Positions 1-13,959 are shown, numbered from the whole stretch's first letter. The stretch is 63,451 nt of DNA, filler included, from Octopus bimaculoides (GCF_001194135.2; 4 parts of 3 records of this genome joined end to end with filler, not necessarily neighbours in it); one strand, 5' to 3'. Numbers and translations: made by a program. Notes: generated from the sequence alone by a model not told the origin.

Positions 1-1626
1 AACACCGGCGTTTCGACGAGCTTGGGCAGGATGCATTGTTAAAACGGCTCATCCCATGGACCGCAGATTAAATTTGTATACGCAAATTAAATCTTGCCAT
101 GGAGGAATGTAGTGGCGGACAAAAAACAAGACAGGAAAACAAACAGAAAAGGCTTTACGGCCAGACGAGAAAAATTATGTGTGTATGAACGCTGTGAAGC
201 ACGAACTTGAAAGGGACGAAGTGGTTCTTGTGTTTGCTCGGCGATAGCCAAGGAAGAAAAGGATTATTGACCGGAAGCATGTGACCATGCCGGTGTAAAG
301 GGAAGAGAGAGAGTGGTAGAGGGAGAAGGCCCTCTAGCTTGCAAGATTTGAATCCAAGTGATTTTTGGATATGAGGTGCAGCTGAGGCAATATTCAACAC
401 GACTCACAACTGTGTGTCTTTACTGAAGGCTTCAAGTGAGCTTTCAGTAAAATGAAAAAGGAAGAAATAGTTAAGGCATGCACATTATTTTGTAAATGGA
501 TTGAACTAGTTAAGAAAGCAAATGGTGGTTACATTGAAATGAAATAAGTGTTAAACACATCACAATAAATTGGCACAAATATAATAAAACTTGCAGTGTT
601 TGATCTTTCCGAGTTACACCAATTATATTAAAGATATTTAAATGGTCCCAATTTACATGTTATACCCTGTATATACAATTCTAGTTTGTTCATACTGTGA
701 TGCCTAAACCTAGAATAGGGATACGATATCAATAAAATCTTTGGAATTAATAAAAACAATATCGGAGATGATCTTCCTTTTGAAACCACCTGATGAAGAT
801 GTCAAAGAACAAAGCAATAAATCTGTATTGATCAGCACACTGAGAAGGTGGAATACAAAAAGAAGACAAAAAAAAACCGGACATATCTACATACACAAAC
901 ACACAAATGGGAAAATGTCAAATAGAACACAAAGACTAAAGAGAAAAGGAGATGAGCAAAGTGCCTGTTGGAGACCCTTTTTTACCCCTCAGAAGAGGTA
1001 CCCACAAGCATAACCAACAAGTCATTCGTCTCCCAGTTTCATTACATGTCCTGTTATCTCTGTTATTATTAATATGATTAGAATGTTAACAGAGCAGAAC
1101 ACAGTTGATAGGAAAGATAAGTACTAGTGGTAGTTGTGTTGGTGAAGAATATAGTGATGACAGGAGATACTACTGGTGTCTGAAGATAATACTAGTGTTG
1201 GTGGTAAAGACACTGTTGTTGGGGAAGGATACTGGCAGTGGGTGGTTGTGGTACTGGGTCGTTGTGGCAGTAGAATTGCTGACGGTACACAGTAATAGTG
1301 GTGGATCATTACAAAATATTCTACCAGAGACAGGCAGGAGGATAAGCCACGGCTGCTATTTGCCAAATAAGAACAGATAGATAGGTGTAGGAGGTGGGAG
1401 ATATAGGAGATAAAAAAAAATATTGTATGTGTGTGTTTGTAGAAGGTGGTTACACTAATCATTACTAACATTATTGCCCGAATTACAACCATACCACGAC
1501 CATAGCTACAACAATAACAAATATTTAAGCCAAAAATTCCTTCTCTAAAATATACAATGTTGAAATCTGTGCTGACAGAACCCTTGTCAAAACACTGAAA
1601 GGAGGAGAGAGAGAGAGAGAGGGGGA

Positions 1627-1675
<49 letters not shown>

Positions 1676-2240
1676 CTTCAATCAAGCACAAAGATGAAAA
1701 GCTCAAAACACAAAAAGCACATCTTATTTTAATGGGCATTATGTCCGTCTGTTCCCTCTTCATGGCCAGAGAGCTGGACCAATAGTTACGATATTTTTCA
1801 GGACAGTCGTCAGGAAAGTTTTTAGCATTAAAAAGTCAGAAAGTATGATTATTTCATGAATATTGATTTTTGAATTGATAGACCACCTTCACATCATTAT
1901 TAAAAATTCACAGACCACAAGTAACTCTGGATTTTCATCCTATAGTTCATGACCCCATCTAAGTGCATGTAAAACATTGTACACTAATCGGTGTAGAGAA
2001 AAAAAAAATCAGCGCTTTTTAAAAATGAATTATTGAATTTGATTACTCATGGATACCTTACCATATTTGTACACAAAACATACACATAGCCTCCTCACTT
2101 TCTGTAATAGTACTCAAGTGTGGCATAAAAATAGTTTGCCAGGTGACTAGGCTAAGCATATTGCATGTATTAGAGAGTGATAATAGTTGTTCAATGGTGA
2201 CCAACAACCTACAGGCAAAATGAATTGGATGATGAATAAT

Positions 2241-2625
2241 CTTTTATCATTTACTTGTTTCAGTCATTAGACTGTGGTCATGCTGGGGCACTACCTTGAA
2301 GAATTTTAGTCGAACTTATCAACCCCAGTACTTATTTTTTTGTAAAGCCTGGTACTTATTTTATTGGTCTATTTTGTCAAATTGCTAAGTTACAGGGATG
2401 TAAACACCAAACTGGTTATCAAATGGTGATGGGGACAAACACAAGCACACACACACACATATATATATATGTATGTAAATATATATACAATGAGCTTCTT
2501 TCAGTTTCCATTTACCAAATCCACTCACAAGGCTTTGGTCAGCCCAAGGCTAATGCTGAAGACACTAGCCCAAGGTGCCACACAGTGGGACTGAACATGG
2601 AATCTTACCACACAGCCACAATTGC
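2241..2625 (-). mobile_element. tRNA-derived SINE, family B (degenerate copy)
   Basis: Colinear with copies at 10390-10785 and 41516-41972: tRNA-like head, ccttgggcaagtgtc core-like motif, central (CA/TA)n, cagtcaaatgactgaaacaag tail. Confidence 0.8.
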
Positions 2626-3449
2626 AACTATAATTTTCAAATATCATACACCTGCTACAGTAGATGAATGTTGAGAGGAGTATAATATTATTGCACACTC
2701 TATGAATTCTAGTGTAAGGTAAGCAGGTAATGTTCTTTGTATAAATTAATTTTTATTTCTGATGGGAATTGCTATTTATTAACCTTTCCAACTTGATTAA
2801 TTTTATAAATGGAAAATATGTTTCCATGATTTGAAATTTGCTAATGTAGTAAATTTATAATAATTGCATAATATACCAAATGCCAAATTGTACAGCTTAT
2901 AGTCACAATTTTGAAAAATTATTATGTCAAATGTATAATTTTTCACATGACATATAGTGTCACTGACATTTGATTACTGATATGTAATTAAGTCAATGAT
3001 GATTTTTAGTCTTCAAATTAACCTTGAAGTCAATACTGGCTTTGGCTAATTTTCTTCATCAAAAACTAATAATGTTAACACTGTTTTACAGTATGAGATT
3101 TGTAAATATTATGATTTAATTGAAAATTACATATTACTATTGATTGATATTCCATCATACAGCTACAAATAAGTCTGGTAAAAATTCAAGTTTTGGAAGA
3201 CATTCAAGTGATTTAGCTAAGATACATTACTGTTTATGATTTAAGAAGTATAGTAGTCCTTATTATAAAATGGTTTATATAAGTATGTCTATATATGTAA
3301 CTGAAACACTAACAACCTGCCTTCTTACTCATCCTCTTTAAGTAACTCATACCTCATAAAGTTTCTCACACCAAACCACCTCTCTAAATGAATGGAATAG
3401 AAAACATAAGAGAGTTTAAAAAAATTTTTTTTTTCTGGCAGCCAAAAGT

Positions 3450-3830
3450 TGTTGGCACTCCGTCGCTTACGACATCGATGGTTCCAGTTGATCGGATCAA
3501 CGGAACAGCCTGCTCGTGAAATTAACGTGCAAGTGGCTGAGCACTCCACAGACACGTGTACCCTTAACGTAGTTCTCGGGGATATTCAGCGTGACACAGT
3601 ATGACAAGGCTGGCCCTTTGAATTACAGGTACAACAGAAACAGGAAGTAAGAGTGAGAGAAAGTTGTGGTGAAAGAGTACAGCAGGGTCCACCATCATCC
3701 CCTGCCGGAGCCTCGTGGAGCTTTAGGTGTTTTCGCTCAATAAACACTCACAACACCCAGTCTGGGAATCGAAACCACGATCCTATGACCATGAGTCCAC
3801 TGCCCTAACCACTGGGCCATTGTGCCTCCA
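3450..3830 (-). mobile_element. tRNA-derived SINE, family A, full length
   Basis: A-box/B-box-like head (ggcccagtggttaggg...gtttcgattccc), (AAC)n tail, 15-bp TSD ctggcagccaaaagt at 3435-3449 and 3831-3845. Confidence 0.92.
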
Positions 3831-5073
3831 CTGGCAGCCAAAAGTATCTAAGACTAATTTGTTTTATTGCAGCCTAAAGAAAAATATATATCACATATAT
3901 TTTTCTCCAACAGAGGTGATTTTTATGCATGTTAGCAAATCTCAATGTTCAACAAGGGAGTATCAACATAGTCACTTGACATGCTGCAATGAGCAGGCCT
4001 CAGAGCACACCCTACCATCTGTAGTTTTGGCTTCATACTCAATCAATAAACCAAGAAATAGATATCTCAAACAATGTAGATCCTGATGTACAGAAAGATG
4101 GTATGGTCGTGACTGGAACACCATACATCAGAAGTCTGATCAACCAGAGTTTATCTAGGGCTAAACAAGCTAACATGGTCTGCATGATTGCTTGACCAGC
4201 AAGATATATCATCCAAGTTTCCCTCAAATCACACCCCACCGTCTTAAATTTTAAAAAGATACATTAGAAAATATGGTCCTGTGTAGTTATGGCTTCACTC
4301 TTAATCAATAAAGTCAACTCGGGTTTTGTTTTTATTATTCACACAAACCAACCAATGAGTTTTAATTCGGCAACTAGAAACATTATCTTCATTCAATTTG
4401 GGTCACAGCTTTTTGGCTTCCTTTATTATGACCAAACCTATGATTAAAGACATGTCTTCAATCAAAAATGATAAGATTAAATTCTTTGGCTATATTTTCA
4501 TATTCCAAAGAACACCACAGACAAAATATATCTGATTTCAGCTGCTGCAGAATTTGTTTCCCAAAATGAGAATAGCCAAAAGAATTTCAGCAGATTCTGA
4601 CTGGTTGGATGGTAAATTGAGTTGAGTTATTAATCAAAGTATCATAATTACAACTATCTTTCTCTCTTAGACTGGCAACCTGTAATTAATATTTTTTCTA
4701 TATACACATAACAAATTTTAATCAATGCCTGTAAACCACCCAGTTACAAAATAATAAAACTCATACAAAGCATATGTATAGACATGAAAATATGCAACTC
4801 GTGTATATTTTTCATGTCTGTAGTTAAGCGCAATATCATCTTTTAACATCAGTTTACATTAGGCATGTCAATGAGAAACATAAACATGATTAAATAAATC
4901 TAAAAACATAGACAAGTGTTTTGACCATCATTTCTGAAATGCTTACCACAAATTTTTATAAAACCCCTTCCCATCACCTTGAAGACAGTTATGCAGTGTC
5001 TGCACAAATATGCACAAATTTATACTAATTTAAACAAAAACAAAAAATAGATATATAACTAGATTTCTGTGCA

Positions 5074-5133
<60 letters not shown>

Positions 5134-5147
<14 letters not shown>

Positions 5148-5249
5148 GGCACTCTGTCGCTTACGACGTCGAGGGTTCCAGTTGATCCGATCAACGGAAC
5201 AGCCTGCTCGTGAAATTAACGTGCAAGTGGCTGAGCATTCCACAGACAC
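5134..5249 (-). mobile_element. SINE family A, 3' end (rest in N-gap)
   Basis: Near-identical to the 3' end of the other family A copies, preceded by (TA)n. Confidence 0.88.
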
Positions 5250-5572
5250 NNNNNNNNNNNNNNNNNNNNNNNNNNNNNNNNNNNNNNNNNNNNNNNNNNN
5301 NNNNNNNNNNNNNNNNNNNNNNNNNNNNNNNNNNNNNNNNNNNNNNNNNNNNNNNNNNNNNNNNNNNNNNNNNNNNNNNNNNNNNNNNNNNNNNNNNNNN
5401 NNNNNNNNNNNNNNNNNNNNNNNNNNNNNNNNNNNNNNNNNNNNNNNNNNNNNNNNNNNNNNNNNNNNNNNNNNNNNNNNNNNNNNNNNNNNNNNNNNNN
5501 NNNNNNNNNNNNNNNNNNNNNNNNNNNNNNNNNNNNNNNNNNNNNNNNNNNNNNNNNNNNNNNNNNNNNNNN

Positions 5573-5745
5573 AAGTGAAAAAGTATTTAACATTTCAAGC
5601 CTATGCTCTTCCACATAAAGGAACACAGAAAGAAACAAGGAGAGAGAATAAAGAATGTGTAGTGGCTAGCGATCTATCATGGCGAATGCCGGACAGAAGG
5701 GTCACATGGGAGAGCTAGAAAGAAGGGGAGATAATAAAGTAGTGT
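5573..5745 (-). mobile_element. Probable Penelope-like element terminus with degenerate hammerhead-like fold
   Basis: Minus strand reads cttta-tgtggaa-gagc(atag)gctt-gaaa-tgtt-aaa, which has hammerhead-like spacing but a degenerate core. Confidence 0.35.
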
Positions 5746-8076
5746 TGATCAAAAAAACGATGGTGCGCATGCATGTTATAAGAGAGTATGTATGTGCGTG
5801 TGGAAGAGGGCTGGTGACCTTGATGCGTGCATGTATGTATGTGTAGGTGTGAAGGTGTGGGGCCGGGAACTGGTCAGTGCTAGTGTGTGAATGGTGGTAT
5901 GATGTGATGTGTTGTGTGGTATGGTGGTGTATGGTGTACTGATGTGTGGGGTGGGGGAGGCAAGAGTGGGGAAAGCAAGGGTGGGAGGCAGAGGTGGGGT
6001 ATGTGGGAGTGGGTGTATGGGATGGGGTGGGGTTACGAGGGAGGGATGCCGATGAAGGGGGAAGGAGAAGGTGGGTAGGAGTGAAGAAAAGATTNNNNNN
6101 NNNNNNNNNNNNNNNNNNNNNNNNNNNNNNNNNNNNNNNNNNNNNNNNNNNNNNNNNNNNNNNNNNNNNNNNNNNNNNNNNNNNNNNNNNNNNNNNNNNN
6201 NNNNNNNNNNNNNNNNNNNNNNNNNNNNNNNNNNNNNNNNNNNNNNNNNNNNNNNNNNNNNNNNNNNNNNNNNNNNNNNNNNNNNNNNNNNNNNNNNNNN
6301 NNNNNNNNNNNNNNNNNNNNNNNNNNNNNNNNNNNNNNNNNNNNNNNNNNNNNNNNNNNNNNNNNNNNNNNNNNNNNNNNNNNNNNNNNNNNNNNNNNNN
6401 NNNNNNNNNNNNNNNNNNNNNNNNNNNNNNNNNNNNNNNNNNNNNNNNNNNNNNNNNNNNNNNNNNNNNNNNNNNNNNNNNNNNNNNNNNNNNNNNNNNN
6501 NNNNNNNNNNNNNNNNNNNNNNNNNNNNNNNNNNNNNNNNNNNNNNNNNNNNNNNNNNNNNNNNNNNNNNNNNNNNNNNNNNNNNNNNNNNNNNNNNNNN
6601 NNNNNNNNNNTATATATATATTATATATATATATACATACATATATACACACACACACACACACAGACGTACATATACACACACACACACAGAGATATAA
6701 ACATATGCATCTGCACACACACACACCTTTGTATTTCTTTCTCATTTATCCCCTCTAATTGACATGCACTGTTTACATGTTAATATGATGTATTCACTAC
6801 TATCTTCATCTATTTATCTCTCTAATAAAAGTTCATCTTTGCTCTCTTGACCTACACAATGTTTCATGTTACCTACACCACTAACAGAAGGTTTCTCTCA
6901 CATTTATTTCAAGCACTACAACAAACAATATGAAGTGCAATCTTCTTTTCTTCATTTATTTTTATGCCACCATGTTTTTACTGGCTTTCTTTTGGCCATC
7001 TAAATAACTAAACTACACCTCCCACTATAAATGCTTTTCCCCAATCCTTCTTTACCTACCACAGCAGCAACTCTCTAAAAGTTCCCTTCAAGAATATGTT
7101 ATTCCTAAAGACATTAAACACTACGAATCTTCAAACTGAATACCAACCAAATCAACAATCTCAGCTGATAACAATCAGAGATCAAATCATTCAAGATGTA
7201 ACATAGATGTAAATATTGACAAAATTTTCATCTCTAAAGATGAGGTTAATAGGCCCCAAAATTATAATCTTAGACAAATTTTTTTTTCTTTACATGACAA
7301 GCTAAATGTTTCATGTTATATTTAATTTTCTCTCCCCATTCTTTTGTAGAATTTCTGTTTTGCATCTTGTTTTCAGTAGACATATCATACCAGTAAATTT
7401 CTTAATACCTCTTTCCTACAACTTCTTAAATTTGCAACACTAACTGCATAAAACATACTTTAGAACATGTTACATTCTTATATTTACATCAATGATGTTC
7501 TATTCTCCTGGAAGTTTGAATAACTGATGTCTCACTAATATTGTCTTCTTTGTGGTAAAATAAAATTTCTGATTTTAATTTACAGCACTGTGGCATATAC
7601 AAATCCTAAGGCCCAGTATTTAGTAATGCAACAATGTAAATAATAAATCATGCTTACTCAATTTCATCCAACATGAACATTATTCTTTCATTTGAAGCCA
7701 CCAAACTTACCAAACATTTTGCTACATTTTCACATTCACTATCTTCGGTTGCCATTCACAGACCCTACTCAAATACTCTTTTATGTCAGCACACACTCCA
7801 AAACTCTCTCATGTCCGCTCAAATATATTAACTGTATCCATTTCTTTGCTTCTCATTAGTAATAGAGTATTTTCTTTCCTAAAACCTACCCTAAATATTA
7901 TGTACAGTTCTTGAAATATTCCATCCCGTTGGCATCATCAAGCAGTAATCTGCAATACTTATCTAAAACAGTCCAGTACCCCAGCATGAAATATTCAATA
8001 ACATAAGTTCCACACTCCAGTGGTATAGGGCATGCCAGTGTCATAGACCACATACTGATTCCATATTTTTAATGAT

Positions 8077-8196
8077 ACAAGCTCCATTCCAATGCCACAA
8101 GCTCCACTCCAATAGCACAAGCTGCATTCCAATGCCACAAGCTGCACTCTAGTTCTACAAACTACACAACTGTGTCACAAACTGCACTCAAAGTCA
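8077..8196. repeat. 20-bp minisatellite, 6 diverging units
   Basis: Units acaagctccattccaatgcc / acaagctccactccaatagc / acaagctgcattccaatgcc etc. at an exact 20-bp period. Confidence 0.85.
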
Positions 8197-8919
8197 AGAC
8201 TGATTTTAAACCCCAATGACACAGGGTATATATACTCCAGTGACATCCGATGAAAAGTAAATAATGAGACAAGATGACGCGGGTTCAATACTAGGAGGAT
8301 ATTAATCATAGGATTATAGGAAATAAAAATAGCCAAAATGAAAACAAAAGAAAAAGGGAAAAGGAGAAAGAGACAAAGAAAGGAATAAAAGACCTTGAAG
8401 AAATAAACACAAAAAGTTTTTGTTATATTTTATTTTCTAACTTCAAATGTCACAAACACTAATCTATGATACAACAAACAAAACTGGTGGACTTTCAGTA
8501 AGGGTAAAACAATTGATTTGAGCTGAAAGTTTTAAAAGAAGTGAAACAGCTTGTTCAATTACTGTTATTTTACTTAACCATATACATCCCAGGTGGAGAT
8601 AAGAATGGTGAGTGATAAACAGAGAAAGGTTAAAGCTGACAACTGACAAAAGAAATATTTGGAACAAGACCAAAACATTCAAGACTTTCACAATTGAAGT
8701 GGCTGTGTATGAGATGGAATTCTGTAATGTTGTTGGACTTGTAAGGTCACTAGGAGAAACAGAGCTTTTTAACTTGATAGTGAAAAATTTCTATATTGCA
8801 TTTGTGATTACTCTAGTGGTCAAAAAACTTTTTTTCAAAAATAAGAGTTTGCTGTCTTGGTTGGGTTATTAATAATAAACATTCACACATACACTGATTA
8901 TATTTTACTTCTATTATTC

Positions 8920-9365
8920 ATCATCATCATCATCGTTTAACGTCCACTTTCCATGCTAGCATGGGTTGGACGATTTGACTGAGGACTGGTGAACCAGGTG
9001 GCTACACCAGGCTCCAATCTGATTTGGCAGAGTTTCTACAGCTGGATGCCCTTCCTAACGCCAACCACTCCAAGAGTGTAGTGGGTGCTTTTACGTGCCA
9101 CAGGTACGAAGGCCAGTCAGGCGGTACTGGCAACGGCCATGCTCGAAATGGTGTCTTTTACGTGTCACCTGCACAGGAGCCAGTCCAGCGGCACTGGCAA
9201 TGATCTCGCTTGAATGTCTTTACACGTGCCACCGGCACAAGTGCCAGGGCACAGGTGTCATCACGCTTTCGCTTGCCTCAACAGGTCTTCGCAAGCCGAG
9301 TTTCATGTCTAATGAAGGAGACAACGTTGGCATGGGTGCCAGCCGTCGAAATTAGTTCGATTTCG
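8920..9365 (-). mobile_element. RTE-tail repeat (family D; SINE or LINE 3' end) with internal ~65-bp subrepeats
   Basis: Minus strand has gttggcgttaggaagggcatccagctgtagaaac (RTE-type 3' UTR motif) and ends in (GAT)n. Confidence 0.8.
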
Positions 9366-9393
9366 ATTATTATTATTATTATTATTTTCTATG

Positions 9394-9595
9394 CTAGGCA
9401 CAAGGCCCGAAATTTTTGAGGAGGGGACCAGTTGATTAGATCAATCTCAGTATGCAACTGGTACTTAATTTATCGACCCCAAAGTGATCAAAGGCAAAGT
9501 CAACCTTGGCGGAATTTGAACTCAGAACATAAAAATAGATGATATACCACTAAACATTTCGCCCAGCATGCTAACGTTTCTGCCAGCTCACTGCC
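9394..9595 (-). mobile_element. tRNA-derived SINE, family C
   Basis: Head ggcagtgagctggcagaaacgttagc (A box), gagttcaaattcc (B box), central gactttgcctttgatc...gtcgataaattaagtaccag. Confidence 0.85.
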
Positions 9596-9817
9596 TTTAA
9601 AAGAAGTATAATTGAAGTGTCTTTATTTCAATTCATCTCCCACAACAGCTACACATTTTACAATGGCATGGCTACGTGGTTCAAAGGTTTGCTCCCCAAC
9701 TGAATGGTTTCAAGTTTAGTCCCACTACATGACACCAACAGTATGTGACTTCTACTACAGCCCTGAGCCAATTGCCCTTCCTAACGCCAACCACTCCGAG
9801 AGTGTAGTGGGTGCTTG

Positions 9818-9871
<54 letters not shown>

Positions 9872-9911
9872 CACATTTATACATAACTGCTAATGACTGG
9901 AGCAAATAAAA

Positions 9912-9958
<47 letters not shown>

Positions 9959-10389
9959 TGGAAACACATACACGCACATTACCATTAGTGTATGCACATG
10001 TGTTCATTTAGTTCTTTAATTAGTTCAAAACTCTGTTCTGAGAAGATCACCGTAAGAACATATGATAACATTCATAGGAATATATTGTGCGTGCACACAT
10101 GTTTGTAATTCCAGTTTTAACTTCACAAATGAAATGCTATAAATAGAAAAGGAGGGTTAATCAGTTCACACAGGTGAGACTTTGCATTATAACATTATAC
10201 ATACATATTTGGACATGTGCACAAACAAACACGCACACACAGACATAGATTGTGTAGTTGAATATACATGTATATATTCTTTTTTTTTATTTAAATGTCT
10301 TTGTAACATCAAATAAATTGGCTAGTGTTTATGTGTATGTGTGTATGTATTCACACACACACACACATATAAGACAATCATATAAGAAG

Positions 10390-10785
10390 CTCTTTGCTCT
10401 TTACTCTTTTACTCGTTTCAGTCATTTGACTGCGGCCATGCTGGAGCACCGCCTTTAGTCGAGCAAATCAACCCCGGGACTTATTCTTTGTAAGCCTAGT
10501 ACTTATTCTATCGGTCACTTTTGCCGAACCGCTAAATGACGGGGACATAAACACACCAGCATCAGTTGTCAAGCAATGCTAGGGGGACAAACACACACAC
10601 ACACACATATATATATACATATATACGACGGGCTTCTTTCAGTTTCCGTCTACCAAATCCACTCACAAGGCTTTGGTCGGCCCGAAGCTATAGTAGAAGA
10701 CACTTGCCCAAGATGCCACGCAGTGGGACTGAACCTGAAACCATGTGGTTGGTAAGCAAGCTACTTACCACACAGCCACTCCTGC
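10390..10785 (-). mobile_element. SINE family B, full length
   Basis: Head gcaggagtggctgtgtggtaagtagc, B-box-like ttcagtccc, core-like cttgggcaagtgtc, (taaaagag)n tail. Confidence 0.9.
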
Positions 10786-10984
10786 TACGTAGTATTTTTA
10801 TAAAATATCACAAATACTTATCGAATACCCCACAGACTGCATCCTGTCATTTACAGATACTTCTATTATAATCACTTAATCTGATATTGTGGGACCATGG
10901 CCAAAGAAAGTTAACTCTCACCAGCCCAACCCATTTAGTCGTGAGCAGGTACCAGAGTGTTGTGTATAGTTCACCATTAATGGT

Positions 10985-11840
10985 AGTGTGGTTAAAAGGC
11001 TCACTTTGCTACCACATGGTTTCAAGTTTCAGTTCCACTTTGTGGCATCTTGGGCAAAATGTCTTCTACTATAACCCTGGTCCAATCAATGCATTGTGAT
11101 TTGGTAGATGGAAACTGTGTGGAAGCCCACCATACGTATATATATGTGCCCTCATATATTTGCCACAACTCCTGTTACCTCCCACCCCCAGCAAACTTCT
11201 ATATTTCTCTCCATCATTTGCTACAGTCACCTCAATCCTGCCTACTCACCCAATCCAAACTTCTATATCATCTCACCTATTCTCACCACCCCAATATCAT
11301 TCAAAGGCATTTCCTGACACATCTGTGCCCTCAGCTCTTTCACTATCGCTCTCTTTACCTTAGTCTCAAACTCACTTTCCTTTCTTTTCCAATTGCGGTA
11401 TCCATGTATTAACTCTACAGTAAGACACCTATCTTTGTCCCTCTGTAAAGTGGTTGGTGTTAGGAAGGGCATCCAGCTGTAGAAACCAGGCCAAAACAGA
11501 CAATGGAACCTGATACAACTCCTGGGCTTACCAACTCCTCCTGTCAAGCTGTCCAACCCATGCCAGCATGAAAAACAGATGTATGATGATGATGATGATG
11601 ACAGACACACTGAGAGACAAACAGAGGGATATGTGTTTGTGTGTCTGTGTTTTGTCCCCTACCACAGCCTGACAACCAGTGCTGGTTTGTTTACATACCT
11701 GTAATTTAGCAGTTCAACAAAAGAGACCAATAGAATATGCACCAGACTTACTGGGATCAATTTGATAGACTAAAAACCTTCAAGGTGCAACTTCAGCATG
11801 GCTGTAATCTAACGACAGAGGCAAATAAAGGATAAAAGAT
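10985..11840 (+). mobile_element. Old SINE family B copy split by low-complexity DNA and a family D insertion (~11410-11600)
   Basis: 5' half matches family B at ~10985-11150 and 3' half at ~11635-11840; the ggaagggcatccagctgtagaaac...(GAT)n element lies between. Confidence 0.65.
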
Positions 11841-13579
11841 GAATGCTGTTTGAACTCCAACATTCTCATGGGTTTCAGTTATGATAAAAGTACTAATATC
11901 ACTCAGCTTTCAGTTTCATTACTCACATCCCAAGATGTACAGAATTGCTCAAACAAACTTTATACTAACATGGGAACATGCCTGACAGTCTGTCCCAGGA
12001 AACAACCAGAATGCTCAATGGATGATTAATTGCCTCTGTGCCACAGAGGTCTGCAAAAGCAAAACTGACCCAAAAAGCAATTCTATAACAAACCACATAG
12101 AAGTGAGTAAGAGATTCCCTATGTAATTGAATCAAGCAGCTCAATCTCCTTTAATATACCCACTAGTGTTTATATTATAAGGATTGCAGAACTGTAGCTC
12201 AGTAGTATAATCAATATTAACCAGATTGTTGTTGTTTAGTCTTACCTATAACCATTCCAATATTTCCCCAATACAGTATAACTAGGACAACAGTATCAAG
12301 TATATCCTGTGTTTTTAAAACTGGTAGCATATGACTAGAGGAAGCTTTGGCTGCTATTTATAGCAATTTAAGACAACTATATAGAGGCTCCCACACTGGC
12401 TCACATGAACCTGGTTAGTTTTGTTGATATTTCTCATTTGCAATGTCTTCATATTTTGTAATTAATAGAAACCACTGTGAAAAGGAAAGTTGAAAGTTTT
12501 TTAGTTTTTTCTTTTTCATGTCTAGTGGCATTAAGTGCAGTAAACAAAAGGCATGAAGAGGAATTAACAAGAACATGTTTCCTACATGTATGTATCCGGG
12601 ACTTGGTCTTTGTTGATGCAATAATGCTAACCATAATGAAAGCAGAATGTATAGATAAAAATGCCTATTACATGGCCAATTGAATACCATAACTAACATT
12701 AAACAAATGGGAGGGAGAAGGGTTACTCAACAAAAACAAATCACATAGCCATGACTACCAACGTCAAACGGCAGAAACAAATCAGAAAAATTAATTACAT
12801 TTCTTAATAATTAATTAATTATCCAGCAGGAAGATGCTTCTCACCACACACACAGTAAGAAGCCATTTGCTACACAACACTAATTAACAGCCACAAAAAC
12901 TATAACCCAGTATGCTCTCACTGATTTTGCTATCCCAGCTATTGAGAGCTCTGCTCTTCTATAATTGTTAACTACCGTTTAAATCCCTCACCACCATATA
13001 AATCCATCCCTGCAACATGGTCAACAAACTAACTAAAAAATAGCAACCAAATTTTCTTCAAAACATGCCCGCCATCTTAAGGACATTAGATAATGTCACC
13101 CTAGGTAGCTCTAAGTCTTAGCTGGAAGGTTTTCCTATCACAAGACTGGTCAAGATTCATCAAGAGCTAAACAGCCACTAAGCTCTCACTTAACTTATAT
13201 GCTTTGCTTGACAATGGTGTACCTGAGAAAATTTCCCCTACCATTATTTTAAATTACTGAATTAGTGAGTGGTTCTCTGTTTAAATTCTAGATATTTTCT
13301 TGAGAACTAGTGTGGTCTAGTGAGTATGTAACTGGACTCTTGTTTATAAGAATTAGGGGTTAGATTGCCAACCTCAAATGCACAAAATATGACTGTTAGT
13401 GGTATGTTAGCACAGCAGAGTTAACAAGTCAGTAGTATGACCAAAACCTCCTGGCATGAAAAAGGTTATGTTTAACAGTGGACTGCTATAACCTCTTTTT
13501 ACACTTTTTCCCTTTGCTCCACATGACAAGAATTATTAATGCCTATGATTTTTCTTTGTATTATGTTTTAATTGATTTT

Positions 13580-13959
13580 GGAGGCGCAATGGCCCAGTGG
13601 TTAGGGCAGTGAACTCGCGGTCATAGGATCGCAGTTTCGATTCCCAGACCGGGCGTTGTGAGTGTTTATTGGGCGAAAACACCTAAAGCTCCATGAGGCT
13701 CCAGCAGAGGATGGTGGCGAACCCTGCTGTATTCTTTCACCACAACTTTCTCTCACTCTTACTTCCTGTTTCTGTTGTGCCTGTAATTCAAAGGGTCGGC
13801 CTTGTCACACTGTGTCACGCTGAATATCCCCGAGAACTACGTTAAGGGTACACGTGTCTGTGGAGTGCTCAGCCACTTGCATGCTAATTTCACGAGCAGG
13901 CTGTTTCGTTGATCGGATCAACTGGAACCATCGACGTCGTAAGCGATGGAGTGCCAACA
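13580..13959 (+). mobile_element. SINE family A, full length
   Basis: ggaggcgcaatggcccagtggttaggg head; ~9-bp TSD taattgatt on both sides. Confidence 0.92.

Noticed and set aside
1-400. Coding-looking, CpG-retaining stretch (FRRAWAGCIVK on plus; ORF 155..400 on minus)
   Set aside because: No recognisable domain or splice signals in any frame; possibly a LINE remnant, but it cannot be supported
1105-1681. ORFs of 91 and 185 aa
   Set aside because: Derived from (GA)n and degenerate (GTN)n low-complexity DNA
6900-7900. Hints of an ancient LINE RT (IFISKDEV, IYINDV)
   Set aside because: Two short motifs only; too decayed to call
13580-13660. tRNA-like cloverleaf heads here and in the other SINE copies
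   Set aside because: They continue into SINE bodies and tails with TSDs, so they are not tRNA genes
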